Below, piece by piece: positions 27,144 through 36,637 of a stretch of DNA of 64,000 nt; within the stretch, counting starts at the first letter, position 1; each line of letters starts with the position of its first letter. Under the pieces are notes generated by a model. It searched no databases and had not been told where the DNA came from. It saw only the letters and a program-made list of their open reading frames with translations. A program made the translations under genes and the position numbers. The stretch comes from Patescibacteria group bacterium (GTDB lineage Bacteria; Patescibacteriota; JABMPQ01; JAQVVF01): the NCBI GenBank assembly GCA_041662665.1, contig JBAZSC010000001.1, positions 385,511-449,510 on the forward strand. The letters are read 5' to 3'.

Positions 27144-27149
27144 ATTAAC

Positions 27150-27220
27150 TAGAATCAAGAATCAAGAATTATGAATTAAGAAAAAAGATCTTTATTCATA
27201 ATTCATTATTCATAATTCAT
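27150..27220. repeat. Heptamer inverted-arm hairpin (AGAATCA / ATTCATA)
   Basis: agaatcaagaatcaagaattatgaatt ... attcataattcattattcataattc. Confidence 0.85.
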
Positions 27221-27284
27221 CTATCTCAATTCTTTTCAAGTTTTATTCAAGCAATAAACCTGAAAAGAAAAAGAGAACAAATCT

Positions 27285-29213
27285 ATGTCTAAGATATTAG
27301 GTATTGATCTAGGAACAACAAATTCCTGCATGGCCATCATCGAAGGTGGCGAGCCAAAAGTTTTAGAAAACAAAGATGGAAATCGAACAACTCCATCAGT
27401 TGTTGCAATAAAACAAGATGGTGAAAGAATCGTCGGACAGCTAGCAAAAAGACAAGCTGTTACAAATTCTGAAAATACAGTTTATTCAGTTAAGCGTCTT
27501 ATTGGTCGTAAATATGATTCTGAAGAAGTTCAAAAAGATGTTAGAGTTTTGCCTTACAAAGTTACTCAATCAGGTTTAGGTGTTAAAGTTACAATGCATG
27601 GCAAAGAATATACTCCTCAAGAAATTTCAGCAATGGTTTTGCAAAAATTAAAAAAAGACGCTGAAGAAAAATTAGGCGAAGAAATCAAAGAAGCAATTAT
27701 TACAGTTCCTGCATATTTTGATGATGCTCAAAGACAAGCAACAAAAGATGCTGGAAAAATTGCTGGTCTTGAAGTCAAAAGAATTATCAATGAACCAACA
27801 GCTGCTGCATTAGCTTATGGTTTCAACAAGAAAAAAAATGAAAAAATTGCAGTTTACGATTTAGGCGGTGGTACATTTGATATTTCAATTCTTGAAGTAG
27901 GCAATGACACAGTTGAAGTAAAATCAACAAATGGTGATACTCATTTAGGTGGTGATGATTTTGATCAAAAAATTATTGACTTCTTAGTTAGCGAATTCAA
28001 AAAAGAACAAGGTATTGATTTATCAACTGATAAGATGGCAATCCAGAGATTAAAAGAATCAGCTGAAAAAGCAAAGCACGAATTATCAAGCGCTTTAGAA
28101 ACTGAAGTTAATCAGCCATTTATTACTACTGATAGCACTGGTCCAAAACACTTAAATATTAAAATAACTCGTGCTAAACTAGAAGAGTTAGTTGGCGATT
28201 TGGTAGAAAAAACAATTGAGCCATGTAAAAAAGCTTTGGCAGATGCAAAGTTAAGCATCTCAGATATCAATGAAGTTGTCATGGTTGGTGGACAAACAAG
28301 AATGCCAATGGTACAGAAAAAAGTTGAAGAATTTTTCGGCAAGAAACCGCACATGGGTGTAAATCCAGATGAAGTTGTTGCAGTTGGTGCAGCTGTAGAA
28401 GCAGGTGTTTTGCAAGGTGATGTTAAAGACATTTTGTTATTAGATGTTACTCCATTAACATTAGGTCTAGAAACATTAGGTGGAATTAGAACTGCTTTGA
28501 TCAATCGAAATACAACAGTTCCAACATCAAAAGCTCAAGTTTTCTCAACTGCAGCTGACAATCAGCCACAAGTTGAAATCAATGTTTTGCAAGGTGAAAG
28601 AGAAATGGCAAATGATAACAAATCTTTAGGCAGATTTATCTTAGACGGCATTCCACCAGCACCAAGAGGAATTCCTCAAATTGAAGTTACTTTTGATATT
28701 GATGCTAATGGCATTTTGAATGTCAAAGCAAAAGACAAAGCAACTGGCAAAGAACAAAAGATTACAATCACTGCTTCTTCAGGTTTGTCAGATGAAGAAG
28801 TTGAGAGAATGAAAAAAGATGCTGAATCTCATGCTGAAGAAGACAAAAAGATTAAAGAAAAAATTGAAATCAAGAATAATGCAGAAACTTTAATTTATAC
28901 TGCTGAAAAAACTTTAAGAGACGCAAAAGGCAAAGTTGATGAAAAAACTACAAAGTTAATTACAGAAAAAGTTGAAGCTTTGAAAAAAGTCAAAGATACA
29001 GCAGAGGCTACAGTTGTTAAAAAAGCAACAGAAGAATTATCAGCTGAACTACAAAAGGTTGGTCAGAAAATGTACCAAGACGCTCAAGCAGCACAAGCTA
29101 AAGCACAACAAGCTTCTCAAGCTCAAGGACAACAAGCTCAAAGTGCACCACATGCTGATCCAAAAGGACCAAATACAGTAAAAGGTGAATACAAAGAAGT
29201 ACCTAAAAAATAA
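27285..29213 (+). CDS. dnaK: Chaperone DnaK
   Basis: [34 protein letters not shown]. Confidence 0.99.
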   Translation: MSKILGIDLGTTNSCMAIIEGGEPKVLENKDGNRTTPSVVAIKQDGERIVGQLAKRQAVTNSENTVYSVKRLIGRKYDSEEVQKDVRVLPYKVTQSGLGVKVTMHGKEYTPQEISAMVLQKLKKDAEEKLGEEIKEAIITVPAYFDDAQRQATKDAGKIAGLEVKRIINEPTAAALAYGFNKKKNEKIAVYDLGGGTFDISILEVGNDTVEVKSTNGDTHLGGDDFDQKIIDFLVSEFKKEQGIDLSTDKMAIQRLKESAEKAKHELSSALETEVNQPFITTDSTGPKHLNIKITRAKLEELVGDLVEKTIEPCKKALADAKLSISDINEVVMVGGQTRMPMVQKKVEEFFGKKPHMGVNPDEVVAVGAAVEAGVLQGDVKDILLLDVTPLTLGLETLGGIRTALINRNTTVPTSKAQVFSTAADNQPQVEINVLQGEREMANDNKSLGRFILDGIPPAPRGIPQIEVTFDIDANGILNVKAKDKATGKEQKITITASSGLSDEEVERMKKDAESHAEEDKKIKEKIEIKNNAETLIYTAEKTLRDAKGKVDEKTTKLITEKVEALKKVKDTAEATVVKKATEELSAELQKVGQKMYQDAQAAQAKAQQASQAQGQQAQSAPHADPKGPNTVKGEYKEVPKK

Positions 29214-29232
29214 TTAAGATTTTGTCGTGGTT

Positions 29233-29263
29233 CGTAGCGACAGGGCACTGCCCTGTCGCTACG
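29233..29263. repeat. GTAG-initiated perfect palindrome (REP-like)
   Basis: CGTAGCGACAGGGCA-C-TGCCCTGTCGCTACG. Confidence 0.8.
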
Positions 29264-29286
29264 TGTTAAATTTGTTTACAAAAAAA

Positions 29287-30426
29287 ATGCCCAAAGATTA
29301 TTACGACATTCTAGGCGTTACTAAAGAATCTTCAGGAGATGAAATTAAAAAAGCTTTTTATAAAAAAGCTCATCAATATCATCCTGACAAAAAAGGCGGA
29401 GACGCTGAAAAATTTAAGGAAGCCAACGAAGCTTACCAAGTTTTGTCTGACCAAGAAAAAAAATCTCAATATGATCAATATGGACAAACCTTTGAACAAG
29501 CTCAAAGCCAAGGCGGATCTTATGGCGGTAATCCTTTTGGCGGATTTAATTCTCAAGGCTTTAATGTGAATTTTGAAGACATTGATCTTGGTGATATTTT
29601 TTCATCATTTTTTGGCGGTAAAAGAAAATCAAAAGGCAATAGAAATGCTGTTGCTGGCAATGATATTAATATTGATTTAAATATTAATTTTGAAGATCCA
29701 GCAAATAATATTGAAAAAGAAATTGAATTATATAAAAAGATACAATGTGATAAATGCCATGGACAAGGGAATGAGCCAGGTACAAAAATTAATACTTGCC
29801 AAACATGCCATGGCAGCGGTCAAGTTACGCAAGCTCGCCAAACAATGTTTGGTATGTTTCAACAAGCAACAGTATGTCCAGCATGTAATGGCCAAGGGCA
29901 AACATTTGAACAAAATTGTTCAAAATGCAAAGGCAAAGGACAAGTTCAAGGTTATGAAAAAATATCCATCAACATTCCAGCTGGCATCAAAGATGGACAG
30001 ACAATGGAATTAGGCGGAAAAGGTGAAGAAGGTCAAAAAAATGGTCCTGCTGGAAATCTTTATGTTACAATTCATGTTGCAAAACATAAATATTTCAAAA
30101 GAAAAGATGATAATTTAATTTATGCATTGCCTTTGAGTTTTACGCAAGCAGCTCTCGGTTCCGAAATAGAAATCCCAACTCTTGATGGCAAAATAGCATT
30201 AAAAATTCCAGCTGGTGTTCAAACTGGAAAAATATTTGTCATTGATGGCAAAGGCTTTCCGAATTTAAACGGACAAGGTGCAGGTGATTTGTTAATTCCA
30301 GTTAAAGTTATTACTCCAACAAAGCTTAACAAAAAAGAAAGAGAATTATTATTAGAATTAGCAAATACAAATGGACAAACAGTAAAAATCAAAAAGCATA
30401 ATTTTCTTCACGATCTATTCGAATAA
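29287..30426 (+). CDS. dnaJ: Chaperone DnaJ (start revised to ATG 29287)
   Basis: DYYDILGV, HPD, G/F-rich linker, four CxxCxGxG motifs. Confidence 0.97.
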   Translation: MPKDYYDILGVTKESSGDEIKKAFYKKAHQYHPDKKGGDAEKFKEANEAYQVLSDQEKKSQYDQYGQTFEQAQSQGGSYGGNPFGGFNSQGFNVNFEDIDLGDIFSSFFGGKRKSKGNRNAVAGNDINIDLNINFEDPANNIEKEIELYKKIQCDKCHGQGNEPGTKINTCQTCHGSGQVTQARQTMFGMFQQATVCPACNGQGQTFEQNCSKCKGKGQVQGYEKISINIPAGIKDGQTMELGGKGEEGQKNGPAGNLYVTIHVAKHKYFKRKDDNLIYALPLSFTQAALGSEIEIPTLDGKIALKIPAGVQTGKIFVIDGKGFPNLNGQGAGDLLIPVKVITPTKLNKKERELLLELANTNGQTVKIKKHNFLHDLFE

Positions 30427-30428
30427 CT

Positions 30429-30494
30429 TGTAGTAAGTAGAAAGTAGAATGTAGCAAGACGATCTTTCTACTTTCTACATACTACTTGCTACTT
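30429..30494. repeat. Heptamer inverted-arm hairpin (GTAGNAA / TTTCTAC)
   Basis: gtagtaagtagaaagtagaatgtagcaag ... tttctactttctacatactacttgctac. Confidence 0.9.
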
Positions 30495-30580
30495 CGTGAT
30501 TTATCCACTTCCCATTTTACATAATTTGATATTACTGTTATACTAAAACTAATCAAAAAAAATAATTAAAACAAAAACAT

Positions 30581-31120
30581 ATGCCTACTGGATTAACTTC
30601 TGCGGTAAACTGGAGTTTGCCGTCTTGGGATTTATTTATAATAATCTTTTTTGTCCTTGCCATTCTTGTTTATGGAATGTCTTTAGGACGAGAAAGAGTT
30701 TTAGCTGTTTTAGTCAGCGTCTATATTTCTCTGGCCATCACAACTAATCTGCCATTTATCAATGAAAAAATGTCGCAGAAATTTGGCTTAGGTCCAGTTT
30801 TCGTCTTACAAATTTTATCATTCTTTGGTTGTATAGCTGGCATATTCTTTTTGCTATCAAGAGTTGGCGCACTTTCTGGTTTTGTCGGTAAGCCAAGTAT
30901 TCCAGTCATTGCTTTATTTAGCGTCTTGCAAGTTGGTTTGATAATTAGTTGTGTCTTGTCATTCTTGCCACCAACAGCATTGGCATATTTATCTTCAATG
31001 GTTAGGTTTGCTTTTGCTTCAGACATCGGACGTTTCTTGTGGATTTTAGCTCCAATGGGTGCACTATATTTGATCCGTCAGAAAGAACCAACCACTCCAG
31101 AAGCAGAACAGAAAAAATAG
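30581..31120 (+). CDS. Multi-pass membrane protein (CvpA-like)
   Basis: About five TM segments; WDLFII...YGMSLGR N-terminus. Confidence 0.65.
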   Translation: MPTGLTSAVNWSLPSWDLFIIIFFVLAILVYGMSLGRERVLAVLVSVYISLAITTNLPFINEKMSQKFGLGPVFVLQILSFFGCIAGIFFLLSRVGALSGFVGKPSIPVIALFSVLQVGLIISCVLSFLPPTALAYLSSMVRFAFASDIGRFLWILAPMGALYLIRQKEPTTPEAEQKK

Positions 31121-31241
31121 TCTTGCAGTTTGTTTATTTTTATGTTAATTTTCCATAAAGCAAACCTTGCTTTTTTGTTTCGTTAAATTTTATTTAAAAT
31201 AATACTTTTAACTTTAGACTTTTTAACTTTTAACTTCGCGT

Positions 31242-31312
31242 GGGTCCGTAGCTCAATGGTAGAGCTGTAGCCTTTTAAGCTATAGATAAGAGTTCGATTC
31301 TCTTCGGACCCA
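31242..31312 (+). tRNA. tRNA-Lys (anticodon TTT)
   Basis: GGGTCCG/CGGACCC acceptor, GTAGC-CTTTTAA-GCTAT, AAGAG-TTCGATT-CTCTT. Confidence 0.95.
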
Positions 31313-31316
31313 AAAT

Positions 31317-31490
31317 TTGGAGCTTCAGAACGTGGGAGCGTTAGAGCGTCAGAAAGTTCTGCGGAAAAATATAATTTATATCAATAAACTGCATTCATAG
31401 CAGTTTTTTATTTTTAGAAAGTCCGACGTTCTGACGCTCCCACGCTCCCACGCTCCCACGCTCCCACGCTCCCACGCTCCGAAGCTCCAA
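31317..31490. repeat. Octamer inverted-arm element (GGAGCGTG / CACGCTCC) enclosing a terminator
   Basis: ttggagcttcagaacgtgggagcgttagagcgtcagaa ... ttctgacgctcccacgctcccacgctcc(n)gaagctccaa. Confidence 0.9.
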
Positions 31491-31563
31491 TCCCGTTGAC
31501 ATTAAAAATCATTCATTATATATTATCTAGTAAATTCGCACTCTAAAAAAGGAGAAGAGGGAA

Positions 31564-32223
31564 ATGCCAAATCAGCAAGATCGAGTTGAAGCCTTGCAAA
31601 GATTGATTCAGCAAAATCAAGTTAATTTTTTTGATGCATTAGCAAATCATCCAGAAAGGCAACAAGCAGCTGTCCAACATCTTTTGCAAGCGCATCGAGA
31701 ATCACTTGAAGAAACAGCAACAGAACAATTTTCGGATGTTCCAGAACAAGCCAGAAGACAAGCTCTTGATCAACACATGCAAAATCTGCAAAGACAAATG
31801 ACATCTTGTTTGGTTGGATTTGCTGGAAATCAATTAGCCTTGTCGCCATTAGTCCATATTGATGATTATCGTCAAACATTATGCTACAAGGTTTGTAAAT
31901 ATTTAGAATCATTGGGTTATAAACTTAGGATTGAAAATTCAAGCAATTTCAGGCATGCTTGCATTTGTTCAACAAACAGAGATACCTTAATCGATATATA
32001 CAAACCGTTGAATGTCAAGGAAATGTCGTGGCTAGGAAAATTATTTTTCTTTTTTACTCCAGATGTAGACGAGGAAGACCTAAATGAAAAGTTGTGTAGT
32101 TTAATGATTACTCATGGAACTATGGAATTTGAAGTTAATGATGGAAATTCTTATAATGAAGTTTTACAACTCGCCAACAACATTGCCCATCTTTTCCAAG
32201 TCGAAATCACTGTACAATTGTAA
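31564..32223 (+). CDS. Orphan hypothetical protein (SD-cassette class)
   Basis: TTGACA at 31496, AAGGAG leader, terminator ATCTCC..GGAGAT-TTTT. Confidence 0.75.
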   Translation: MPNQQDRVEALQRLIQQNQVNFFDALANHPERQQAAVQHLLQAHRESLEETATEQFSDVPEQARRQALDQHMQNLQRQMTSCLVGFAGNQLALSPLVHIDDYRQTLCYKVCKYLESLGYKLRIENSSNFRHACICSTNRDTLIDIYKPLNVKEMSWLGKLFFFFTPDVDEEDLNEKLCSLMITHGTMEFEVNDGNSYNEVLQLANNIAHLFQVEITVQL

Positions 32224-32261
32224 TCTCCATTTTCGGAGATTTTTTTTATTTCAGAAAATTA

Positions 32262-32345
32262 GAATATCAGAAAGTCCGACCGTTCCGACGTTCTGACGCT
32301 CCCACGCTCCGACGCTCTCAAGCTCCCACGTTCCCACGTTCCCAA
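32262..32345. repeat. Second copy of the octamer arm (direct repeat of ~31415-31450)
   Basis: agaaagtccgac...ccgacgttctgacgctcccacgctcc. Confidence 0.85.
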
Positions 32346-32386
32346 ATAAAAAATCCTGTCAAGATAACAGGATCAAAAAAGTGCGA

Positions 32387-32899
32387 CTAAAAGAGCTGGA
32401 TAGATTCTCCATGTAGAATGGCATCCAAGACATTAATCTGATGCGGTTCCAGCCAAAAACACGTAATAATATTTTGCTCGCGAACAACAAAAATCAAATC
32501 ATCAAATCTATAATATCTAACATCATTCTCTAGCCTTGGGTTGCCTGAAGTTTCTTGCTTCAGATACAATTCCGCCATGCCAGAAATTTCAACGGTTTCA
32601 TCAGAATAAAATAGTCCGATAACCATGAGCGCAACAGTAGAAAGACATAGAATTCCATTCTCTGCATAAAAGCGATCAAAAGCTTTCAAAGCTTCATGGT
32701 ATTTCTTATCAGCAAACATTCTTGAAAAATAATTCTCTTGAGCCGATATTTTGATCTTCAAGGAAGCTGAAACAATATGATCAGGAGACTTAAAAAAATC
32801 GTAGTAACTAAGATCAGGAATTTTTAGTCTTCTTTCAACAAAGCGCTCAATACAATGAACGCTTACTGTTAGGGTATTCACTTTGCTTGGGGAGCACAT
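32387..32899 (-). CDS. Orphan protein with possible RelE/BECR-like RNase motifs (start revised to 32899)
   Basis: SVHCIERFVER and DDLIFVVREQNIITCF; GGAGG SD; TTGACT-17-TATTAT promoter. Confidence 0.6.
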   Translation of the reverse strand: MCSPSKVNTLTVSVHCIERFVERRLKIPDLSYYDFFKSPDHIVSASLKIKISAQENYFSRMFADKKYHEALKAFDRFYAENGILCLSTVALMVIGLFYSDETVEISGMAELYLKQETSGNPRLENDVRYYRFDDLIFVVREQNIITCFWLEPHQINVLDAILHGESIQLF

Positions 32900-33100
32900 T
32901 TTCTTGCCCTCCTCTGCTGTTTCTTGTCTAGGGAACAATAAAATATAATATAACTTTTTAATTAAAAAGTCAAGCTGTTTACTAAAAAAATATTTTATGA
33001 TATTATCAAATAAAGAAGAGTATTCGCATAATTCGCATATTTGCAACATTTGCATTATTCGTATATTCGTATTATATTTTTAAAATAAAACAAAAAAAAT

Positions 33101-33535
33101 ATGAAAGATTTCTTTCCAAAAGCGTTCCGTATTTTCATGGTAGCCGTCATTTTAGTTGGTGGTGCATTATGGTTAGATTATGAAGCAAAAAAAGACACCA
33201 AGGAGCAATCAGCTCTGGGCAGTATCATTAAAGCTTATAAAAATTTTACGCAAGCTGATAAAAAAGTTGCAAAGAAAAAAAAGAAGAAAAAGAGCACTAA
33301 GACAAATACTGAAAAAACTTCAACAAATACAGCAAATCCTGAGCCTGAAAAAACAACAACCAAGAAAAAGACTGAAAAAACAACGCAAACTACAGAGAAT
33401 GCCACAACGCAAGATACTGTAACAGCCCCAAAAGATACAGGAGGCTATATCGATGATTCAATCAAAGAAAAAGCTAGACAAGAAGCTTTGAATGCAGCTA
33501 AAGAAATTTATAATCAAACTTCCACTCAACAATAA
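33101..33535 (+). CDS. Membrane-anchored Lys/Thr-rich protein
   Basis: N-terminal TM followed by a low-complexity K/T stalk. Confidence 0.75.
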   Translation: MKDFFPKAFRIFMVAVILVGGALWLDYEAKKDTKEQSALGSIIKAYKNFTQADKKVAKKKKKKKSTKTNTEKTSTNTANPEPEKTTTKKKTEKTTQTTENATTQDTVTAPKDTGGYIDDSIKEKARQEALNAAKEIYNQTSTQQ

Positions 33536-33620
33536 AATGTGAATTAAGAATAACGAATTATGAATTATGATAATTTATTATATTTCTCATTTTTTGTTCT
33601 TAATTCTTAATTCTTAATTC
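33536..33620. repeat. Heptamer inverted-arm hairpin (GAATTAN / TTCTTAA)
   Basis: gaattaagaataacgaattatgaattatga ... ttcttaattcttaattcttaattc, ending 3 nt before ATG 33624. Confidence 0.85.
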
Positions 33621-33623
33621 TCT

Positions 33624-33929
33624 ATGTTGATAAAATTTAATAAGCAATTTTCGCAAAACGCATTAACATTAATGCGCAAAATTGGATACCAACCTTGGCG
33701 CGATCCAAGATCAAAAACCAGTAGTTTTATCAGACATCCTGGAGCTTCATATTATCCTCGTTTTCATGCATATCCAAAATACGATCAAGATAATAATTTT
33801 ATGATTGACCTCCATTTTGATTGGCGCAGACCAATGCACAAAATTGGCATCAAATCTACAGAAGGCGAAGAAAGCGAAGTTGTCCAGCAAGAAGTTGACA
33901 GAATCAAAAGCATATTAGACAAAATATAA
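33624..33929 (+). CDS. Hypothetical protein
   Basis: 101-aa ORF with YPRFH and DLHFD motifs; terminator follows. Confidence 0.75.
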   Translation: MLIKFNKQFSQNALTLMRKIGYQPWRDPRSKTSSFIRHPGASYYPRFHAYPKYDQDNNFMIDLHFDWRRPMHKIGIKSTEGEESEVVQQEVDRIKSILDKI

Positions 33930-33973
33930 ATTAATTAGATTTTTAAACAGCAATAACGCTGTTTTTTTATGCT

Positions 33974-34049
33974 TAATTGTTCAATTGTTCCATTGCTAAA
34001 TTGTTAACGTCAAAAGACACTTAACAATAGAGCAATTTAACAATTTAGC
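33974..34049. repeat. Octamer inverted-arm hairpin (AATTGTTN / AACAATTT)
   Basis: aattgttcaattgttccattgctaaattgttaa ... ttaacaatagagcaatttaacaattt. Confidence 0.85.
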
Positions 34050-34195
34050 TTGAAACACTTGACACCACCAAATATAAGTGCTAAATTAATATGAATAGCA
34101 AAACTTATTGACAATTCTGTAAATTTATGCTATACTTAAATAACAATTAATTAACTTCATTAATATAGTTGATTTGACTATATTAAGCCAAAATT

Positions 34196-35233
34196 ATGAC
34201 TAAGATTAACGAATTTAACCCAACTAAAGACATTCTAGAAATGCTTGATGGTTTGAAAAAAAGAACCAAAAGTATTTTAATCAAAAGATTTGGTTTGGGA
34301 GAAGATTATAAAATGACATTGGAAAGCATTGGTTCTACTTACAAAATCACTCGTGAAAGAGTCAGACAAATTGAATCAGTAGCTTTAGCAGAATTGAAAA
34401 AATCTCCTAAAATTGCCGGATTAAACAAATATGAAGCAATGTTAGAAGATTTACTCAATGAACATGGCAAAATCATGGAGCATAATTTTTTGATGTCAGA
34501 ATTCAGAAAAAAATACAATTTAGATCCAATTCATAATAATGCTATTGAATTTGTTTTAAAGGTTTCTTCAAAATTTAATTCAATCAAAGAAAACGAAGAA
34601 ATCAAAAAAACATGGTCACTAGTTGATGCTAATTTAGATTATTCTAAAAAAGTTATTAATTCATTTGTCTTAAATCTAGAAGGCAAAGGCAAACCAGTTT
34701 TGGAAAATAATTTATCAAATGGTTTTGAATTAGAAATCAAAGATAGCAAAACATTAGTTTCATATTTATCATTAAGCAAGAAAATCTTAAAAAATCCATT
34801 CAATGAATGGGGTTTGTCAAAATGGAGAGAAATTGTTCCAAAAGGCGTCAAAGACAAAGCTTATATTGTATTAGAAAAATTCAATAAACCAGCTCACTTT
34901 ACAAAAATTACTGAGCTTATTAATTCTGCAAAATTTGATACAAAAACAGCTATTCCTCAAACAGTTCATAATGAATTAATTAAAGATCAAAGATTCGTTT
35001 TAGTCGGCAGAGGTATGTATGCTTTGAAAAAATGGGGTTTTCAACAAGGAACAGTTGCTGAAATTATTGAAAAAGTAATTATTGAATCTGGTAAAACTTT
35101 ATCTAAAGAAAATATTATCAATAAAGTGCTAGAACAAAGATTTGTAAAAAAGAACACAATCGTTTTAGCTTTACAAAACAAACAAAGATTCCAAAGAGTT
35201 AACGGTTTATACTGCTTGGCAGGAAATAAATAA
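34196..35233 (+). CDS. Sigma70 region-4-like HTH plus C-terminal HARE-HTH (RNAP delta-like) protein
   Basis: TLESIG...ITRERVRQIE; PAHFTKI, TVHNELIKDQRFVLVGRGMYAL. Confidence 0.75.
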   Translation: MTKINEFNPTKDILEMLDGLKKRTKSILIKRFGLGEDYKMTLESIGSTYKITRERVRQIESVALAELKKSPKIAGLNKYEAMLEDLLNEHGKIMEHNFLMSEFRKKYNLDPIHNNAIEFVLKVSSKFNSIKENEEIKKTWSLVDANLDYSKKVINSFVLNLEGKGKPVLENNLSNGFELEIKDSKTLVSYLSLSKKILKNPFNEWGLSKWREIVPKGVKDKAYIVLEKFNKPAHFTKITELINSAKFDTKTAIPQTVHNELIKDQRFVLVGRGMYALKKWGFQQGTVAEIIEKVIIESGKTLSKENIINKVLEQRFVKKNTIVLALQNKQRFQRVNGLYCLAGNK

Positions 35234-35321
35234 TAGTATAAAATATAATTATTAAGTTGTTTATTGTTTATAGCTAAACAATATAAATTTAGTTAATCAA
35301 TTTTTAAAATAAAAAAATAAA

Positions 35322-36611
35322 ATGAATGGATTACCGCCAATTGATTTTTTTGGCCAACTGCGTGATTTTTTCAGCACGTTTGGTTTTGTTTTTGTCCATG
35401 CCTGGTGGGCGATTATTTTAGGTTTAATTTTCTTAGCCTATTACGCTTTTTATCGCATTCAAAATAATAAATTCTTAGCTGGCGTTGAATATGTTTTGCT
35501 TACTGTATCTGTTCCAGCTGATAGCGAAAAAAGTCCAAAATCAATGGAACAAGTTTTGGCAGGATTCCATGGCATTTATTCTCCTCCAAACTGGTCTGAA
35601 TTTTGGATCTTGGGAGAACAACAAGCCCAAGTTAGCTTAGAATTGGTCGGTATCAATGGCCAAGTCAGATTTATTATCAGAACACCTGTCAAACTTCGTG
35701 ATGCTGTTGAAGCTCATATTTATGCTCATTATCCAGATGCTGAGATTTTTGAAATTGAGGATTACGTTGATGCAATTCCAGACAAATGGCCAAATGAACA
35801 ATACGAACTTTTTGGCACTGATTTTAAATTAATGATGCCAGATTCATATCCTATCAGAACATATATGCAATTTGCTGAAGAATTTGATAAAGGATTCATT
35901 GATCCAATTTCTGCTTACACTGAAGTTATGGGAAAATTAAACGAAGGCGAACAGATCTGGCTTCAGATAACAATTAGGCCAGTTGATGATGCTTGGAAAA
36001 AAGAAGGCGAGAATATTGCCGCAAAACTTATTGGAAAAAAAGTTGATATTCCTGAAGACTTTTTCAAAAAAACAGTCGTTAAAGGCTGGCACAATGTTTT
36101 AAGCGCTACTGATGCTATTTTGCAAGTTCCAGCAGCTGAATTAAAAGAACAAAAAAGAGAAGTTGAATCTTTAATGCAATATCTATCTCCAGGCGAGCAA
36201 GATGTTGTGACTGCTATTCAAAGAAATATCGCCAAAGTTGGTTTTGAAACAAAATTTCGTTATATTTATGTTGCCAAAAAAGATGTATATCAAAAAGGTC
36301 GCGGAGTTGTTGCTATTTTAGGCGCTTTAAAACTTTTGCATACTCAAAATCTCAATTGGTTTTGGTTAGATAAACACACAAAGACTAAGCTTGATTATTG
36401 GAAATTTAGAATTCCTAAAAGACAAAAGAAAATTGTTAGATATTATAAAGAGCGCGATATGGATGCCGGAATTCCGCCATGCATATTGAGCATTGAAGAG
36501 TTAGCTACTTTATTTCACTTTCCTTATGTTTCTGTTGAATCTCCTTCTGTTATCAGCGCATCAGCTAGCAAAGCTGAAGCTCCAAGTAATCTGCCTGTTG
36601 GAAGGCAATAG
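35322..36611 (+). CDS. Membrane-anchored hypothetical protein, neighbour of the VirD4-like ATPase
   Basis: N-terminal TM; SLELV, YAHYPDAEI, EELATLFHFP. Confidence 0.75.
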   Translation: MNGLPPIDFFGQLRDFFSTFGFVFVHAWWAIILGLIFLAYYAFYRIQNNKFLAGVEYVLLTVSVPADSEKSPKSMEQVLAGFHGIYSPPNWSEFWILGEQQAQVSLELVGINGQVRFIIRTPVKLRDAVEAHIYAHYPDAEIFEIEDYVDAIPDKWPNEQYELFGTDFKLMMPDSYPIRTYMQFAEEFDKGFIDPISAYTEVMGKLNEGEQIWLQITIRPVDDAWKKEGENIAAKLIGKKVDIPEDFFKKTVVKGWHNVLSATDAILQVPAAELKEQKREVESLMQYLSPGEQDVVTAIQRNIAKVGFETKFRYIYVAKKDVYQKGRGVVAILGALKLLHTQNLNWFWLDKHTKTKLDYWKFRIPKRQKKIVRYYKERDMDAGIPPCILSIEELATLFHFPYVSVESPSVISASASKAEAPSNLPVGRQ

Positions 36612-36637
36612 AAATTTAATTGTTAATCATTATTTTT

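Noticed and set aside
31415-31490. CCCACGCT array and other periodic tracts as a CRISPR array
   Set aside because: Units are 7-11 nt and contiguous, with no unique spacers and no cas genes.
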